A stretch of DNA of 64,000 nt from Acidilobaceae archaeon (GTDB lineage: Archaea > Thermoproteota > Thermoprotei_A > Sulfolobales > Acidilobaceae). How positions within the stretch are numbered: the first letter of the stretch is position 1; every line of letters starts with the position of its first letter. The notes beneath the pieces were generated by a model, which worked only from the letters and a program-made list of their open reading frames with translations, was not told the origin of the DNA and did no database searches. The translations under genes were made by a program, and so were the position numbers. Of the stretch, positions 49,345 to 58,888 are shown one piece after another. The DNA lies in contig JAWAWX010000001.1 in the NCBI GenBank assembly GCA_038897215.1, forward strand, positions 640,001 through 704,000. Reading direction: 5' to 3'.

Positions 49345-49714
49345 ACTCGAGACCCCCCCGGGCTGCTTCTACAACTCGCTCCTTTAACGGTATCGCTACC
49401 CGCTAGGGTTTAGCTCTGATATGGGTTATTGACATCGCCTCATCTTATCTTCCCTGCATCTCGCTATGGGTCTCATCGGGCTCGGGGGCGTTTAGAGCAA
49501 CCCCGGGCATCTCCACTATTGCGCTACTCTCGGGAAGAGCCTCCTAGCGAGCTCTCGACCTCTCACAGAGTAGCTCTCAACTTCACTTACACTGATGTAG
49601 CTTGCAAGGCATCTCTGCTACAAACCAATATAAAGCTTGAAACGCCACCCTGAGCTCTAGCTAGGGCTCGTCAACAACTATAGGCTCTAAGCACTCTACG
49701 ATCTGGGGAGTCGG

Positions 49715-50413
49715 GTGAGCTACTCGGAGGAGACCCTCAAGGTAGAAGAGGTAGACCTGGAGCTAGCCAGGCTCCTAGTGGGGGTCGCGAGAGAAGCGAT
49801 AAGGTTCTACCTCGAGAAGAGCTTCAGGCTCTACGAGGTCCCGAGAGAGCTCCTAGAGAGACAGCCGTTGCTGAGGAAGAAGGCGGCGGTGTTCGTGACT
49901 CTCGAGAAGATAGCGGAGGTTGGGGGTAAGAGAGTGCCAGAGCTGAGGGGGTGCATTGGGTTCGTGGAGCCAGTGTATCCTCTACACGTCGCTATAGTAG
50001 AGTCAGCGGTCTCCTCGGCTTTCGGAGACCCCCGATTCCCTCCAGTCAAGCTATCTGAGCTAGGCGAGATAGTGATAGTCCTTACAATACTCGGGGAGAA
50101 GATCCCGGTCTCTAGCCTAGACGAGGTGGTAATAGGGAGAGACGGGCTCTACGTCGAGATGAAAGCATCAGGTAGGAGGCTCTTCGCGGGAGTGCTGCTC
50201 CCAGAAGTCCCGGTAGAGTACTGCTGGGATATTCAAACATTTGCAGACATGACCTGCAGGAAGGCTGGTCTCGAGCCCGGCTGCTGGAAAGACCCCCTAA
50301 CTACTCTCTACAGGATACCCGGTAGGACCTTCAGAGAGCTGGAGCCGGGAGGAGAGGTGGTAGAAGCAGACTTGGTTAAAGAGTACAGAGAGAGATGCAC
50401 CGGCGGGTTCTAG
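49715..50413 (+). CDS. AMMECR1-domain protein
   Basis: VFVTL, LRGCIG, DPRFPPV, LLPEVPVEY, KAGL. Confidence 0.93.
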   Translation: MSYSEETLKVEEVDLELARLLVGVAREAIRFYLEKSFRLYEVPRELLERQPLLRKKAAVFVTLEKIAEVGGKRVPELRGCIGFVEPVYPLHVAIVESAVSSAFGDPRFPPVKLSELGEIVIVLTILGEKIPVSSLDEVVIGRDGLYVEMKASGRRLFAGVLLPEVPVEYCWDIQTFADMTCRKAGLEPGCWKDPLTTLYRIPGRTFRELEPGGEVVEADLVKEYRERCTGGF

Positions 50414-51135
50414 GAGAGCGTGTAGTATATCCTCTTCTTCCTCCTCCCTCTATTCTCGACTCTCAATAGCCTTATCTCTCCTATCTCGCAGGTATTCCTG
50501 ACGTGAGGGCCTCCATCTAGCTGGACGTCGACTCCTGGGATTTCTACTACTCTCAAGTACTCCTCGTCTGGCGGAGCTCTCTCAGCTAGCTTGACGACTC
50601 CCGGTATCTTGAGGGCATCCTCGCGCTTGAGCCAGTATACTCTAACCTCGATGCATCTCGATATTATTGAGTTGGCTTCAACAACTGCTTTCTCGAAAGC
50701 GCTTCTCCAGTCGTCCACGTCTATGTCGAAATCGTCTCTGGAGTACTCTGGAGTAACTAGGCCACCCGTGACGAGCGCTCCGAATCTATTGTAGAGAACT
50801 GCTGCCAGCACGTGAGCAGCAGTGTGGAGCTTCATCATCCTGTATCTGCGCTCCCAGTCTATAACACCCCTCACTACCTCGCCTACGCTGAAGACTGAGG
50901 GGTTGTCGACGATGTGAGCCACGCTTTCGCCTCTAACCTCGGCTCTAGAGACTCTGGCTAGCGCTCCGCTACCTGTCATCAGGACGCCTGTATCCGTGTC
51001 TAGCCCGCCGTAGGGGGCTGGGTGGAAGGCTGTCTGGTCTAGGATCACTGCGTCGCTCTCGACTCTCTCGACTCTAGCCGTGAACTCTCTCAGGTAGCTA
51101 TCCTCCTGGAAGAGGAGTCTCGTCTTCAGAGGCAA
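50410..51135 (-). CDS. alaX: Alanyl-tRNA editing protein AlaX
   Basis: DSYL, DQTAFHP, MKLHTAAH, DGGPHV. Confidence 0.9.
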   Translation of the reverse strand: MPLKTRLLFQEDSYLREFTARVERVESDAVILDQTAFHPAPYGGLDTDTGVLMTGSGALARVSRAEVRGESVAHIVDNPSVFSVGEVVRGVIDWERRYRMMKLHTAAHVLAAVLYNRFGALVTGGLVTPEYSRDDFDIDVDDWRSAFEKAVVEANSIISRCIEVRVYWLKREDALKIPGVVKLAERAPPDEEYLRVVEIPGVDVQLDGGPHVRNTCEIGEIRLLRVENRGRRKKRIYYTLS

Positions 51136-51180
51136 GCTCTCCCCGACTCGCGGCTCTCGAGCTCTGGAGACTAATATGCT

Positions 51181-52614
51181 CTAAGCGGGTGAACGCTCTC
51201 TCCGCCACTCGGTGCGGTTCTGGTAGTCCATCAGCCTTATCCCCAGCTTGAGGAGCTCGCTCCTAATCCAGTCTGAGAGCTCGTACATCCTCCTAGCTCT
51301 AAGCTCACTCCTTACTCTTACTATCAGGTCTATTAGAGGCTCTTCTAGAGTCTCTACTCTCCGCGACTCCAGGACGTCGTCTAGAACCCCGTAGACTCTA
51401 TTCGAGTCAACGAGGAATTTCAGCACATGCAGCAGAATGCTCTGACTCTCGCTGTGCTCCACCTCCTTGTAGTACAGGCTAGTGAACTCCCAGAGGGCGC
51501 TCATAGCCCCCGAGAGGTTGAAGTCTTCAGCGAGTTCTCCACGCCATCTAGCGTAGAGCTCTCTTACTCGAGCGAGTAGCTCCACGTCTCCGGGAGAGAG
51601 CCAGTGTGTTGGCTCGCTCTTCTCGAGCCTTCTGAGAGTCTTGTCCGCTATGTCTACGAGCCTCTGGTGTAGTCTAACAGCTTGGCTTAGACCCTGCTCG
51701 CTGTAATCGAGAGGAGACCTGTAGTGAGCGCTCAGAAGCCATAGTCTCAGAGGCTTAGAGCCCCACTTCTTCGAGGCTTCTCTGAAAGCCACTATGTTGC
51801 CCAGGCTCTTGCTCATCTTCTCTCCCTCTATGGTCAGGTAGGCTACGTGGACCCAGTACTTGACCCAGGGGCTTGAGCCGAAGTATGCTTCGCTCTGAGC
51901 TCTCTCGTTCTCGTGGTGAGGGAAGACTAAATCCATGCCTCCTCCGTGGATGTCTATACGTGAGCCTAGATACTTGCTACTCATAACGCTACACTCGATA
52001 TGCCAGCCCGGCCTGCCCGGACCCCAGGGGCTCTCCCAGTAGGGTTCTCCCGGCTTGGCGGCTTTCCATAAAGCGAAATCGTAGGGGTTCTTCTTCTCTC
52101 TAACCAAGTCTTCTTCCTGCCTCCAGACGTCTCTTGAGAGCCTCCCGCTCAGCCTACCGTAGTCCGGGTACTTGTCTACATCGAAGTAGACGCTCCCCGA
52201 CTTCGAGACGTAGGCGTAGCCCTTGTTCACGAGTTCTTCAACGAACTCTACTATCTCTCTAATGTGGTCGGTCACTCTTGGATGTATATCGACTCTTATC
52301 CCGAGCTCTTCGAGCATAGCCATGTAGTCTCTAGTGTACTCCTCGACTATCTCCCTCCAACTCCTACCCTCGCTCTCCGCTCTCTTCAGTATCTTGTCGT
52401 CGATATCAGTTATGTTCTGTACGTGAGTCACGCTGTAGCCCATCAGACTCAGGTATCTCTTGAGAGCATCGAAGACAGCGAATGTCCTAGCGTGACCGAT
52501 GTGAGTATAATCGTAGGGAGTAGGGCCGCACACGTACATCGAGACGAGGGGGCTACGCCAGGGCTTGAACTCCTCCACGGTCTTGCTTAAAGTGTTGTAC
52601 ACGGCTAGAGACAC
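51181..52614 (-). CDS. cysS: Cysteine-tRNA ligase
   Basis: CGPTPY, HIGH, PGWHIEC, FPHHENE, KMSKS. Confidence 0.97.
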   Translation of the reverse strand: MSLAVYNTLSKTVEEFKPWRSPLVSMYVCGPTPYDYTHIGHARTFAVFDALKRYLSLMGYSVTHVQNITDIDDKILKRAESEGRSWREIVEEYTRDYMAMLEELGIRVDIHPRVTDHIREIVEFVEELVNKGYAYVSKSGSVYFDVDKYPDYGRLSGRLSRDVWRQEEDLVREKKNPYDFALWKAAKPGEPYWESPWGPGRPGWHIECSVMSSKYLGSRIDIHGGGMDLVFPHHENERAQSEAYFGSSPWVKYWVHVAYLTIEGEKMSKSLGNIVAFREASKKWGSKPLRLWLLSAHYRSPLDYSEQGLSQAVRLHQRLVDIADKTLRRLEKSEPTHWLSPGDVELLARVRELYARWRGELAEDFNLSGAMSALWEFTSLYYKEVEHSESQSILLHVLKFLVDSNRVYGVLDDVLESRRVETLEEPLIDLIVRVRSELRARRMYELSDWIRSELLKLGIRLMDYQNRTEWRRERSPA

Positions 52615-52720
52615 AAATACAGCTTCACCGATAGCTAGTATGAGGGATAAGAGCCTAATAAAAGCTTCTCGCTCTCTTTAAAAGCTCCCTCCAATAAGAG
52701 CTTGTAGCCGGGAGAGTGTA

Positions 52721-53362
52721 GTGGAGGCTAGGGCTAGCTTCTCTGAGCGAGAGCGATATAAGCACCCAGTAGTTATAGCTATGAACGATATAGTCTCGTT
52801 CATTCAGAAAGCCATAGACAACCTGGACTTGAGGAAGGTGGATGAGCTCCTAGACCTCCTAGTAGGCGCCTACAAGAGCCGGAAGAAGATCCTAGTCATG
52901 GGCGCTGGTAGGAGTGGTCTCATAGCTAAAGCGTTCGGCATGAGGCTCCTCCACTTAGGCTTCACGGTTTACGCTCTAGGCGATAGCCTTGTGCCCAGCG
53001 TGTCTAAAGGCGATATAGTCATAGCTGTATCTGGCTCTGGCTCCACAAAGCTCATAGTCACAGCAGCGGAGACAGCGAAAACGGTGGGAGCGAAGGTCGT
53101 GGCTATAACTAGCTACCCAGACTCTCCTCTAGGCAAGCTAGCAGACCTCACGATAGTCGTCCCCGGTAGAACCAAGACGAGCCACATCACGGACTACTTC
53201 GCTCGGCAAATACTCGGAGTCTACGAGACCACGGCCCCTCTCGGGACGCTCTTCGAGGACACAGTCTCGGTATTCTTAGATGGCGTCGTCTACGCTCTAA
53301 TGCTCAGACTTAACGTGAACGAAGACGACATGAAGTCGAGGCACGCCAACATAGAGCTCTAG
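52721..53362 (+). CDS. hxlB: 6-phospho-3-hexuloisomerase (SIS domain)
   Basis: GAGRSG, SGSGST, APLGTLFE, RHANIE. Confidence 0.93.
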   Translation: MEARASFSERERYKHPVVIAMNDIVSFIQKAIDNLDLRKVDELLDLLVGAYKSRKKILVMGAGRSGLIAKAFGMRLLHLGFTVYALGDSLVPSVSKGDIVIAVSGSGSTKLIVTAAETAKTVGAKVVAITSYPDSPLGKLADLTIVVPGRTKTSHITDYFARQILGVYETTAPLGTLFEDTVSVFLDGVVYALMLRLNVNEDDMKSRHANIEL

Positions 53363-53406
53363 AGCGCAATTACCAGATATCGGGGCTGCGATAAAGAGAC
53401 CGGTCT

Positions 53407-54939
53407 CTAACCCCCTCTCACGGTTAAGACTATAGATTGAGATGAGATTACGTTCTCCATTACCCACCAATCCATATCAAGTCTTACGGTGCATGATGCT
53501 GTCGGCGGAGCTATGGCTGTCAGATAGAGTTTGACCGCTAGCCATGAGCCCGTCCAGGATGGTGGCGGGCTGATATACAGGTCTCCTGTGGTTTCTCTTT
53601 GAAGCCCTCCATTTGCTATAACTATGTCGCTAGGGGCTTTTCTTCCATCCCAGGAGACTAGAGATATAGTGGCGTAGACTCTGGGGTCTGTGCAGTACAC
53701 GTGGGCGGCTCTCAGCCTCGACGTGAATGCGTGAGCTAGATTGCTGTAGACGTGCAAGAAGTCTCCAGCGAATCCAAACCTGTAGACGTCGCCTCCGACA
53801 ACGTAGTCGAAGAGTGCAGAGTAGACAAGGCCCCCTCTGTCGTCGAATATCTCTATCCTAGCGTTCCTAAACACTAACCCGTAGTCGGTGCCGGCTGAGT
53901 ACGTGACTCTAGTTAGGTCTAGCTGGGGAGCCCAGACAGGTATCGATGCAATCCCCCCGCTGGATACTGCCTCGAAGACCACGGCTCCTCCCTGTCTTGG
54001 AACAATCCTGGCTCTCCAGCCGTCAGGCAGCCCCGTGATGTTGACGAACCAGGGGGGCTTATCTATCGTGACCACCATATTGTCGAAATAGAAGGTTCCC
54101 GTGAACAGGCTCGTTGAGATCCAGTAGCCGACGCCGACTCTATTAGGGTAGAACCTCTGCCCGGCTCCTATGCTGGCTGAGCTTAGCAGTGTTACATTCC
54201 AGTGCTCTGCTCTCCAGGCTCTAAAGTCTACGAGCGCGACGACCTGAGCGAGGTACTCGTGCTCTAGCGTCATCCTGGTGCCTAGCCTCACGTGTGAGAG
54301 TACAGTGGTTCCATAGAGTATTGTTGATGAGAGGCTATCGCCAGTCCTGGCGGTCAGCAGCGTAGAGTTATAGCCTATTCTGTAGAATCTCCCAGTAGTA
54401 GTGGTATCGACGTAGACACCGTCGGCTCTTATACGCGGGAAACCCGTATAACCGGGATAAGGTGTATAACTGGTTCTCATAGCTAGAGCAGCTACGTAAA
54501 CTCTCCTGCCTTCGCTAGCGTAAGCGCTGATATCGACATTAGCTAAGGCCATACACTCATAATCCCAGCCTGAGGGTCCTCTGGATCCCGCGGCTATGGA
54601 TAGAGCTCCTCGAGTAGAATCCCAGCTCCAAGTACACGTAAACGATGTCACTCGGCCAGCGGTTATCGGGTTATCGTCAAAGACGTCGAAGAAGACCGCC
54701 GACCTATGCACCCTCTCTAGCCTATACTGAGCATTAACGCTGACGTCGGCGGATGTTCTGTTATCATACAAGACTACTGTAACCCCGGGCGTTCTCGGGT
54801 CCTCTAGCCACACGACCGGCGGAGCTATCTGAGCGACCCCGTGCCCCCACCTATAAGCGAATACTCCCCCCCAGACCGTTGCTGTCACCACGGCCAGAGC
54901 GAAGATAGCTGTCAGCGCTCTCGCGGCTTTACTCAACAC
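53407..54939 (-). CDS. Secreted beta-rich hypothetical protein (possible fibre subunit with inserted lectin-like domain)
   Basis: Signal peptide, no C-terminal anchor, Thr/aromatic-rich, FDVFD...FDNMVV bracketed insert. Confidence 0.55.
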   Translation of the reverse strand: MLSKAARALTAIFALAVVTATVWGGVFAYRWGHGVAQIAPPVVWLEDPRTPGVTVVLYDNRTSADVSVNAQYRLERVHRSAVFFDVFDDNPITAGRVTSFTCTWSWDSTRGALSIAAGSRGPSGWDYECMALANVDISAYASEGRRVYVAALAMRTSYTPYPGYTGFPRIRADGVYVDTTTTGRFYRIGYNSTLLTARTGDSLSSTILYGTTVLSHVRLGTRMTLEHEYLAQVVALVDFRAWRAEHWNVTLLSSASIGAGQRFYPNRVGVGYWISTSLFTGTFYFDNMVVTIDKPPWFVNITGLPDGWRARIVPRQGGAVVFEAVSSGGIASIPVWAPQLDLTRVTYSAGTDYGLVFRNARIEIFDDRGGLVYSALFDYVVGGDVYRFGFAGDFLHVYSNLAHAFTSRLRAAHVYCTDPRVYATISLVSWDGRKAPSDIVIANGGLQRETTGDLYISPPPSWTGSWLAVKLYLTAIAPPTASCTVRLDMDWWVMENVISSQSIVLTVRGG

Positions 54940-55029
54940 TCTTTAACCCCCGATACCATGGCCTCTTAGCGTTTTAATTTCCTATAGTCAGTCGATAAAC
55001 GTGAACATAGCCGAGCGCTTGCGCTCGAG

Positions 55030-55495
55030 AGATTAGCGTAATCGAGAGGAGCATCCCCGCGAGTAGTCTCTAGAGAGCTAGTAGAGGCCGGCTCTAAAGC
55101 CGCGGCGAGCCTAGCGGAGCACAGAGAACCCCGTAGTCTCGAGCCCGGAGAGGTCCGCGAGGAGCCGTTAGCCAAGCCGCTCTACGGGAGCGGGCAACGC
55201 GGGCTCTCTATGATGCTCGGGTCTCGGAGGTCAGCGGATCGAGGAGCGGGGTCGACGCTACCAGCTGGCATCGCCAGTTACGGAGTCCGAGCCTCTTACA
55301 GAGCCTGCTTTCACGCCGTCAGGCTGGTAGCGGGTCAAGCACCTCTACTCTCATCTCAGCGTGGCGGTTCACGCGAAAGTGCCTCGTATCGATCCTTCGA
55401 GAAGAGCCCCGAGTCTTTGAGGCGGCAAGCGGGCTCATTGGCGCTCTCGGGGGCGCGAGGGGTTCTTGCATGCTATTCCTCCCGACTCGCTGGCA
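55030..55495 (+). ncRNA. Candidate large structured non-coding RNA, family unknown
   Basis: ~64% GC over 55141-55500 (hand count), no CTAG from 55115 to 55530, at least six nested helices, cUACGg and GNRA loops; no credible ORF. Confidence 0.65.
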
Positions 55496-55571
55496 GAGAG
55501 CTTGGTTTAGAGAGTTAAGCTTTAGCTCGCTCTAGCTTCTAACGCTCTAGAGTAGAGGGGGTGCTCGGCTT

Positions 55572-56936
55572 TTGGCTAGACGTCTGGAGTACGATGTCGT
55601 GATAGTGGGGCTCGGCCCTGCTGGAGCTGCTCTAGCCTACTTTCTGAGGAATAGCGGGCTTAGAGTAGCTGGCTTAGACTTAGTGGACGAGAGTAGAGTG
55701 TGGTCTAAGCCGTGTGGAGACGCTATTGGAGCAGGCTACTTCGACTCTCTAGGTCTCCCGCACCCTTCAGGAGACGAGGTTAAGACGTATGTGAACGAGG
55801 CTAGAGTCTACGCTCCGAGCGAAGAGGCCTATATCTCATTCAGGGGGGAGAGAGCTGGCTACATAATCGATAGACGCGGCTACGGGCTGAAGCTGATTAG
55901 AGAAGCTGAGAAGAGGGGGGTAGACGTCTACCTGAGCACCAAGGCTCTCCATCCAGTGATCAGAGACGGTAGGCTAGAGGGGGTTAGGGCTAAGAGGGGC
56001 GAGGAGGACGTAGAGTTCGCGGCTAGAGTGGTCGTGGACGCTACTGGAGCCTCGGCTTCTATCAGATACAAGCTCCCCAAAGAGTGGCCTGTTGTCGATG
56101 AGCCCGAGGAGACGGACTTCGAGCTAGCCTACAGGAGGATCCTGGAGCTGGAGGACGAGATCCCTGATTTCGACGCGATCAGGCTATACTTCAACGTAGA
56201 GATAGCTCCCGGAGGGTACTGGTGGTTCTTCCCCGAGGGCAGGAACGCTGTCAACATAGGGCTAGGAGTCCAGATGGGTAAAGGCTACCCGAGCCCTCTA
56301 GAACTCTACGAGAAGCACTTATCGCGCAGGAGAGAAGTGAGTAGAGTCAGGAGAGTCTTGAGCGACGGCGGCGCCAAGCTGCCGACAAGGAGACCCCTAA
56401 AGACCATGGTCTGGGATAACTTCATAGCTATAGGTGATAGCGCTTACACAGTAAACCCTGTTCACGGAGGAGGAATAGGCTACGCTATGACGGCAGCTAA
56501 GCACGCTGCGGAGGCTATCCTTGAGGCTCACTCGACCGGAGACTACTCAGCTAGAGGGCTCTGGAAGCTCAACCTACTCTACATGAGAGATCTTGGAGCC
56601 AAGCAGGCTTCACTAGACGTCTACAGGATATTCATGCAGACTCTGGGAAACGATGAGATAGAGTGGGCTGTGAGAAAGCTTTCATCAGAAGACCTCACCA
56701 TAGCTTTACTAGAAGGAGAGCTAAGACTAGACGCGAGCCTCCTAGACAAGGTGAAGATCGTGGCGAGCCTTGTCGGCAAGCCACGTCTACTAGCCAAGCT
56801 GGTGAAGACAGCGGAATACGCTAGAGCAGCCAAGAGTCTCTACAAGAGCTACCCCGAGGATCCTAGTGGTCTAGAGAGCTGGAGTGAGAGAGTAGAGTCT
56901 CTCATCAGGTCCTTCAAGAGAGAGGTAGAAGCTTAG
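55572..56936 (+). CDS. Digeranylgeranylglycerophospholipid (geranylgeranyl) reductase
   Basis: GLGPAG FAD motif, KPCGDA, PGGYWWFFP, GDSA...NPVHGGGI. Confidence 0.9.
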   Translation: MARRLEYDVVIVGLGPAGAALAYFLRNSGLRVAGLDLVDESRVWSKPCGDAIGAGYFDSLGLPHPSGDEVKTYVNEARVYAPSEEAYISFRGERAGYIIDRRGYGLKLIREAEKRGVDVYLSTKALHPVIRDGRLEGVRAKRGEEDVEFAARVVVDATGASASIRYKLPKEWPVVDEPEETDFELAYRRILELEDEIPDFDAIRLYFNVEIAPGGYWWFFPEGRNAVNIGLGVQMGKGYPSPLELYEKHLSRRREVSRVRRVLSDGGAKLPTRRPLKTMVWDNFIAIGDSAYTVNPVHGGGIGYAMTAAKHAAEAILEAHSTGDYSARGLWKLNLLYMRDLGAKQASLDVYRIFMQTLGNDEIEWAVRKLSSEDLTIALLEGELRLDASLLDKVKIVASLVGKPRLLAKLVKTAEYARAAKSLYKSYPEDPSGLESWSERVESLIRSFKREVEA

Positions 56937-56961
56937 CTCTCCTCACTCGAGGCTCATCTCT

Positions 56962-57843
56962 ATGTCCTCGAGAGAGGTGGTCGAAGGCTGGGTTGTGGTC
57001 GTCTCTAGAAGCGGACGCTTAGACTTGATGACTGTGAGAGGCTACAGGCACCCCAGCGGAGAGCTCGTAGTCTCGCCCTACATGAGCTTCTCTAGGAGAC
57101 TCAAGTCCTACGACTTCAGAGAAGTAGAGGAGTTTGTTAGATTCGTTGACTGCATTGGGAGACACGCTCCCGTGATCGCGGAGTCTCTCGTAGTGACCTA
57201 CATCGACCCAGAGAGAGCTCTGAAAGTTAGGCGCGCTGACCTAGACCCCAGAGTTCTCGAGCTACTAGACACGCTAGCTCCAGAGTGGGCTGGGCTCACG
57301 GGCTCATGGGCAGTGTTCTCCGAGAAGCCGGGGAGCGATGTCGACCTCTTGGTCTACGGAGACTCCTCGAAGCTATACAGGGCTCTCCAAGACTTGAGAG
57401 ACGAGGGTCTCATACGCTCCTGCAGACTCGAGGATAGACTAGAGAAGACGAGAGACCTCTCTGGCCCCAAGCTATCAGCTCTCCTAGCTGGGAGAAGGCT
57501 TCTAGACTCGTGCTACAAAGAGCACCCCTATACTATAAGGGTTTTAGAGAGACTCGATAGAGAGCCTTGTAGCGAGAGAGTCTACTATTGGGGGAGGTAT
57601 GAGGGGCTAGTCAAGATAGAGGAGGTCTTAGGGGCTCCAGCTGTGCCTACACGATATCGAGCAGTCCTCCTGGATATAGGAGTGGAGGCTGTCCTCGAGA
57701 CGTGGCACACTAGGTTCGCTGAGCTCCCTCGAGGAGTCTACACGGCTAGATTAGTGCTACTCGAGGAGAGAGGAGTAGTCAAAGCGAGCCCCGACGTAGA
57801 TGGGTGGATTGAGGTAGAGCAAGTGGGGGATAGAGGGTCTTGA
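56962..57843 (+). CDS. Pol-beta-superfamily nucleotidyltransferase (COG1665-like), paralogue 1
   Basis: VRGYRHP N-motif, GLTGS...SDVDLLVYG catalytic motif, beta-rich (OB-like) C-terminus. Confidence 0.75.
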   Translation: MSSREVVEGWVVVVSRSGRLDLMTVRGYRHPSGELVVSPYMSFSRRLKSYDFREVEEFVRFVDCIGRHAPVIAESLVVTYIDPERALKVRRADLDPRVLELLDTLAPEWAGLTGSWAVFSEKPGSDVDLLVYGDSSKLYRALQDLRDEGLIRSCRLEDRLEKTRDLSGPKLSALLAGRRLLDSCYKEHPYTIRVLERLDREPCSERVYYWGRYEGLVKIEEVLGAPAVPTRYRAVLLDIGVEAVLETWHTRFAELPRGVYTARLVLLEERGVVKASPDVDGWIEVEQVGDRGS

Positions 57844-58772
57844 AGACGGCTGTAGAGCCAGCCCACGGGAGCATAGTCTATAGCGTAGACGGGCTGGTGG
57901 CTCAGGCTCTCGGGATTCCCCACGCTCCAGAACTCATTCCCGTCATACCGAAATACGTGTTATGCAATGAGGGAGCGTGGTCTAGGCCGGCGAGCAGATT
58001 GTGTAGAGTCATCGACGAGTACGGTCCCAGAGGGCTTTCCAGAGCTCTGTCTAAGCTTAGCTCTCTCAATAAGAGAGATGGAGTCTACGGTGCTCTAGTC
58101 CCCTACGTAGAGCGTTGGAGAACACTTCTCCTCATAGACCCAAGGGAAGCTCTAGAAGCGAGAATCAGGTCTCCTAGAAGCCAATTAGACCACACGGTTC
58201 TGAGAATCTCCAGCGTGCTGAGAAGCCTCGGAGTCTCTCTGGGAGAGCTCGGGCTAACAGGCTCTCTAGCAGCTGGAATCGAGAACCCCAAGTTCTCCGA
58301 CGTAGACCTCGTAGTCTACGGAGCGCGAGCAGCTAGAAGAGTTCTCGAGTTCTTCGAGTCGAGCACGATTAGAGGAGTCGAGAGGAGAGAGTTCGGCGGT
58401 CTATCCGTTAACCCCCCGGTTAACACTAGCTGGAGGAGAGCTAGACTAGAGGGAGTCGAAGTCTCCTGGGTAGGAGTCCCTCTCGAGGGAGAGCTCTGCA
58501 CACCCCTAGAGAGCTACTTCAAGGTGCCGAAACCCGAGAAACACGCTGAGAAAGTGCTGAGAATCGAGCCGGAGCAGGAGGAGAGCCTCCTCTACCCTCT
58601 ATGCGTTAAAGCGGAAACCGGAGAGTATCTTGTCTCCTTCGAGTACAACATAGCCATAATCGTCTACAAGGGGGGAGTGTTTAGAGTCAAGGGGCTTGTC
58701 GACGAGAACGAGACAGTAGTATACCTAGGGCTTAGAGAGCTCCCAGGAGAGCTATCCAGCGTAGACCAGTGA
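57840..58772 (+). CDS. Pol-beta-superfamily nucleotidyltransferase (COG1665-like), paralogue 2
   Basis: GIPH...PKY, DPRE, GLTGS...SDVDLVVYG; 4-nt overlap with paralogue 1. Confidence 0.75.
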   Translation: MKTAVEPAHGSIVYSVDGLVAQALGIPHAPELIPVIPKYVLCNEGAWSRPASRLCRVIDEYGPRGLSRALSKLSSLNKRDGVYGALVPYVERWRTLLLIDPREALEARIRSPRSQLDHTVLRISSVLRSLGVSLGELGLTGSLAAGIENPKFSDVDLVVYGARAARRVLEFFESSTIRGVERREFGGLSVNPPVNTSWRRARLEGVEVSWVGVPLEGELCTPLESYFKVPKPEKHAEKVLRIEPEQEESLLYPLCVKAETGEYLVSFEYNIAIIVYKGGVFRVKGLVDENETVVYLGLRELPGELSSVDQ

Positions 58773-58828
58773 GACGAGAGGTCTCAGCGGGGCTAGAGCT
58801 CTATCAAGGCGAGAGAGTCTACGCTGAG

Positions 58829-58850
58829 TTTAAGAGTGCTCTCCTCTTAA
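58829..58850. promoter_or_regulatory. TATA box overlapped by inverted repeat TTAAGAG-N7-CTCTTAA upstream of hsp20
   Basis: Perfect 7-bp arms at 58830-58836 and 58844-58850. Confidence 0.45.
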
Positions 58851-58888
58851 CAAACTTCTCGAGAAGACTCCCGGGGGGCTGATGAAGA

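Noticed and set aside
55030-55495. Structured region as RNase P RNA, SRP RNA, or a group I/II intron
   Set aside because: No GAGGAAAxUCC/AACAGAA P4 pair in the right order, no SRP helix-8 CAGG...GGAA...AGCA, no P7 partner for the GAGACUA seen on the minus strand, no clear domain V; it also interrupts no gene
54966-55518. ORFs 54966-55175 (-) and 55210-55518 (+)
   Set aside because: Ser/Arg/Ala-rich translations without host codon bias or motifs; better explained by GC-rich structured RNA
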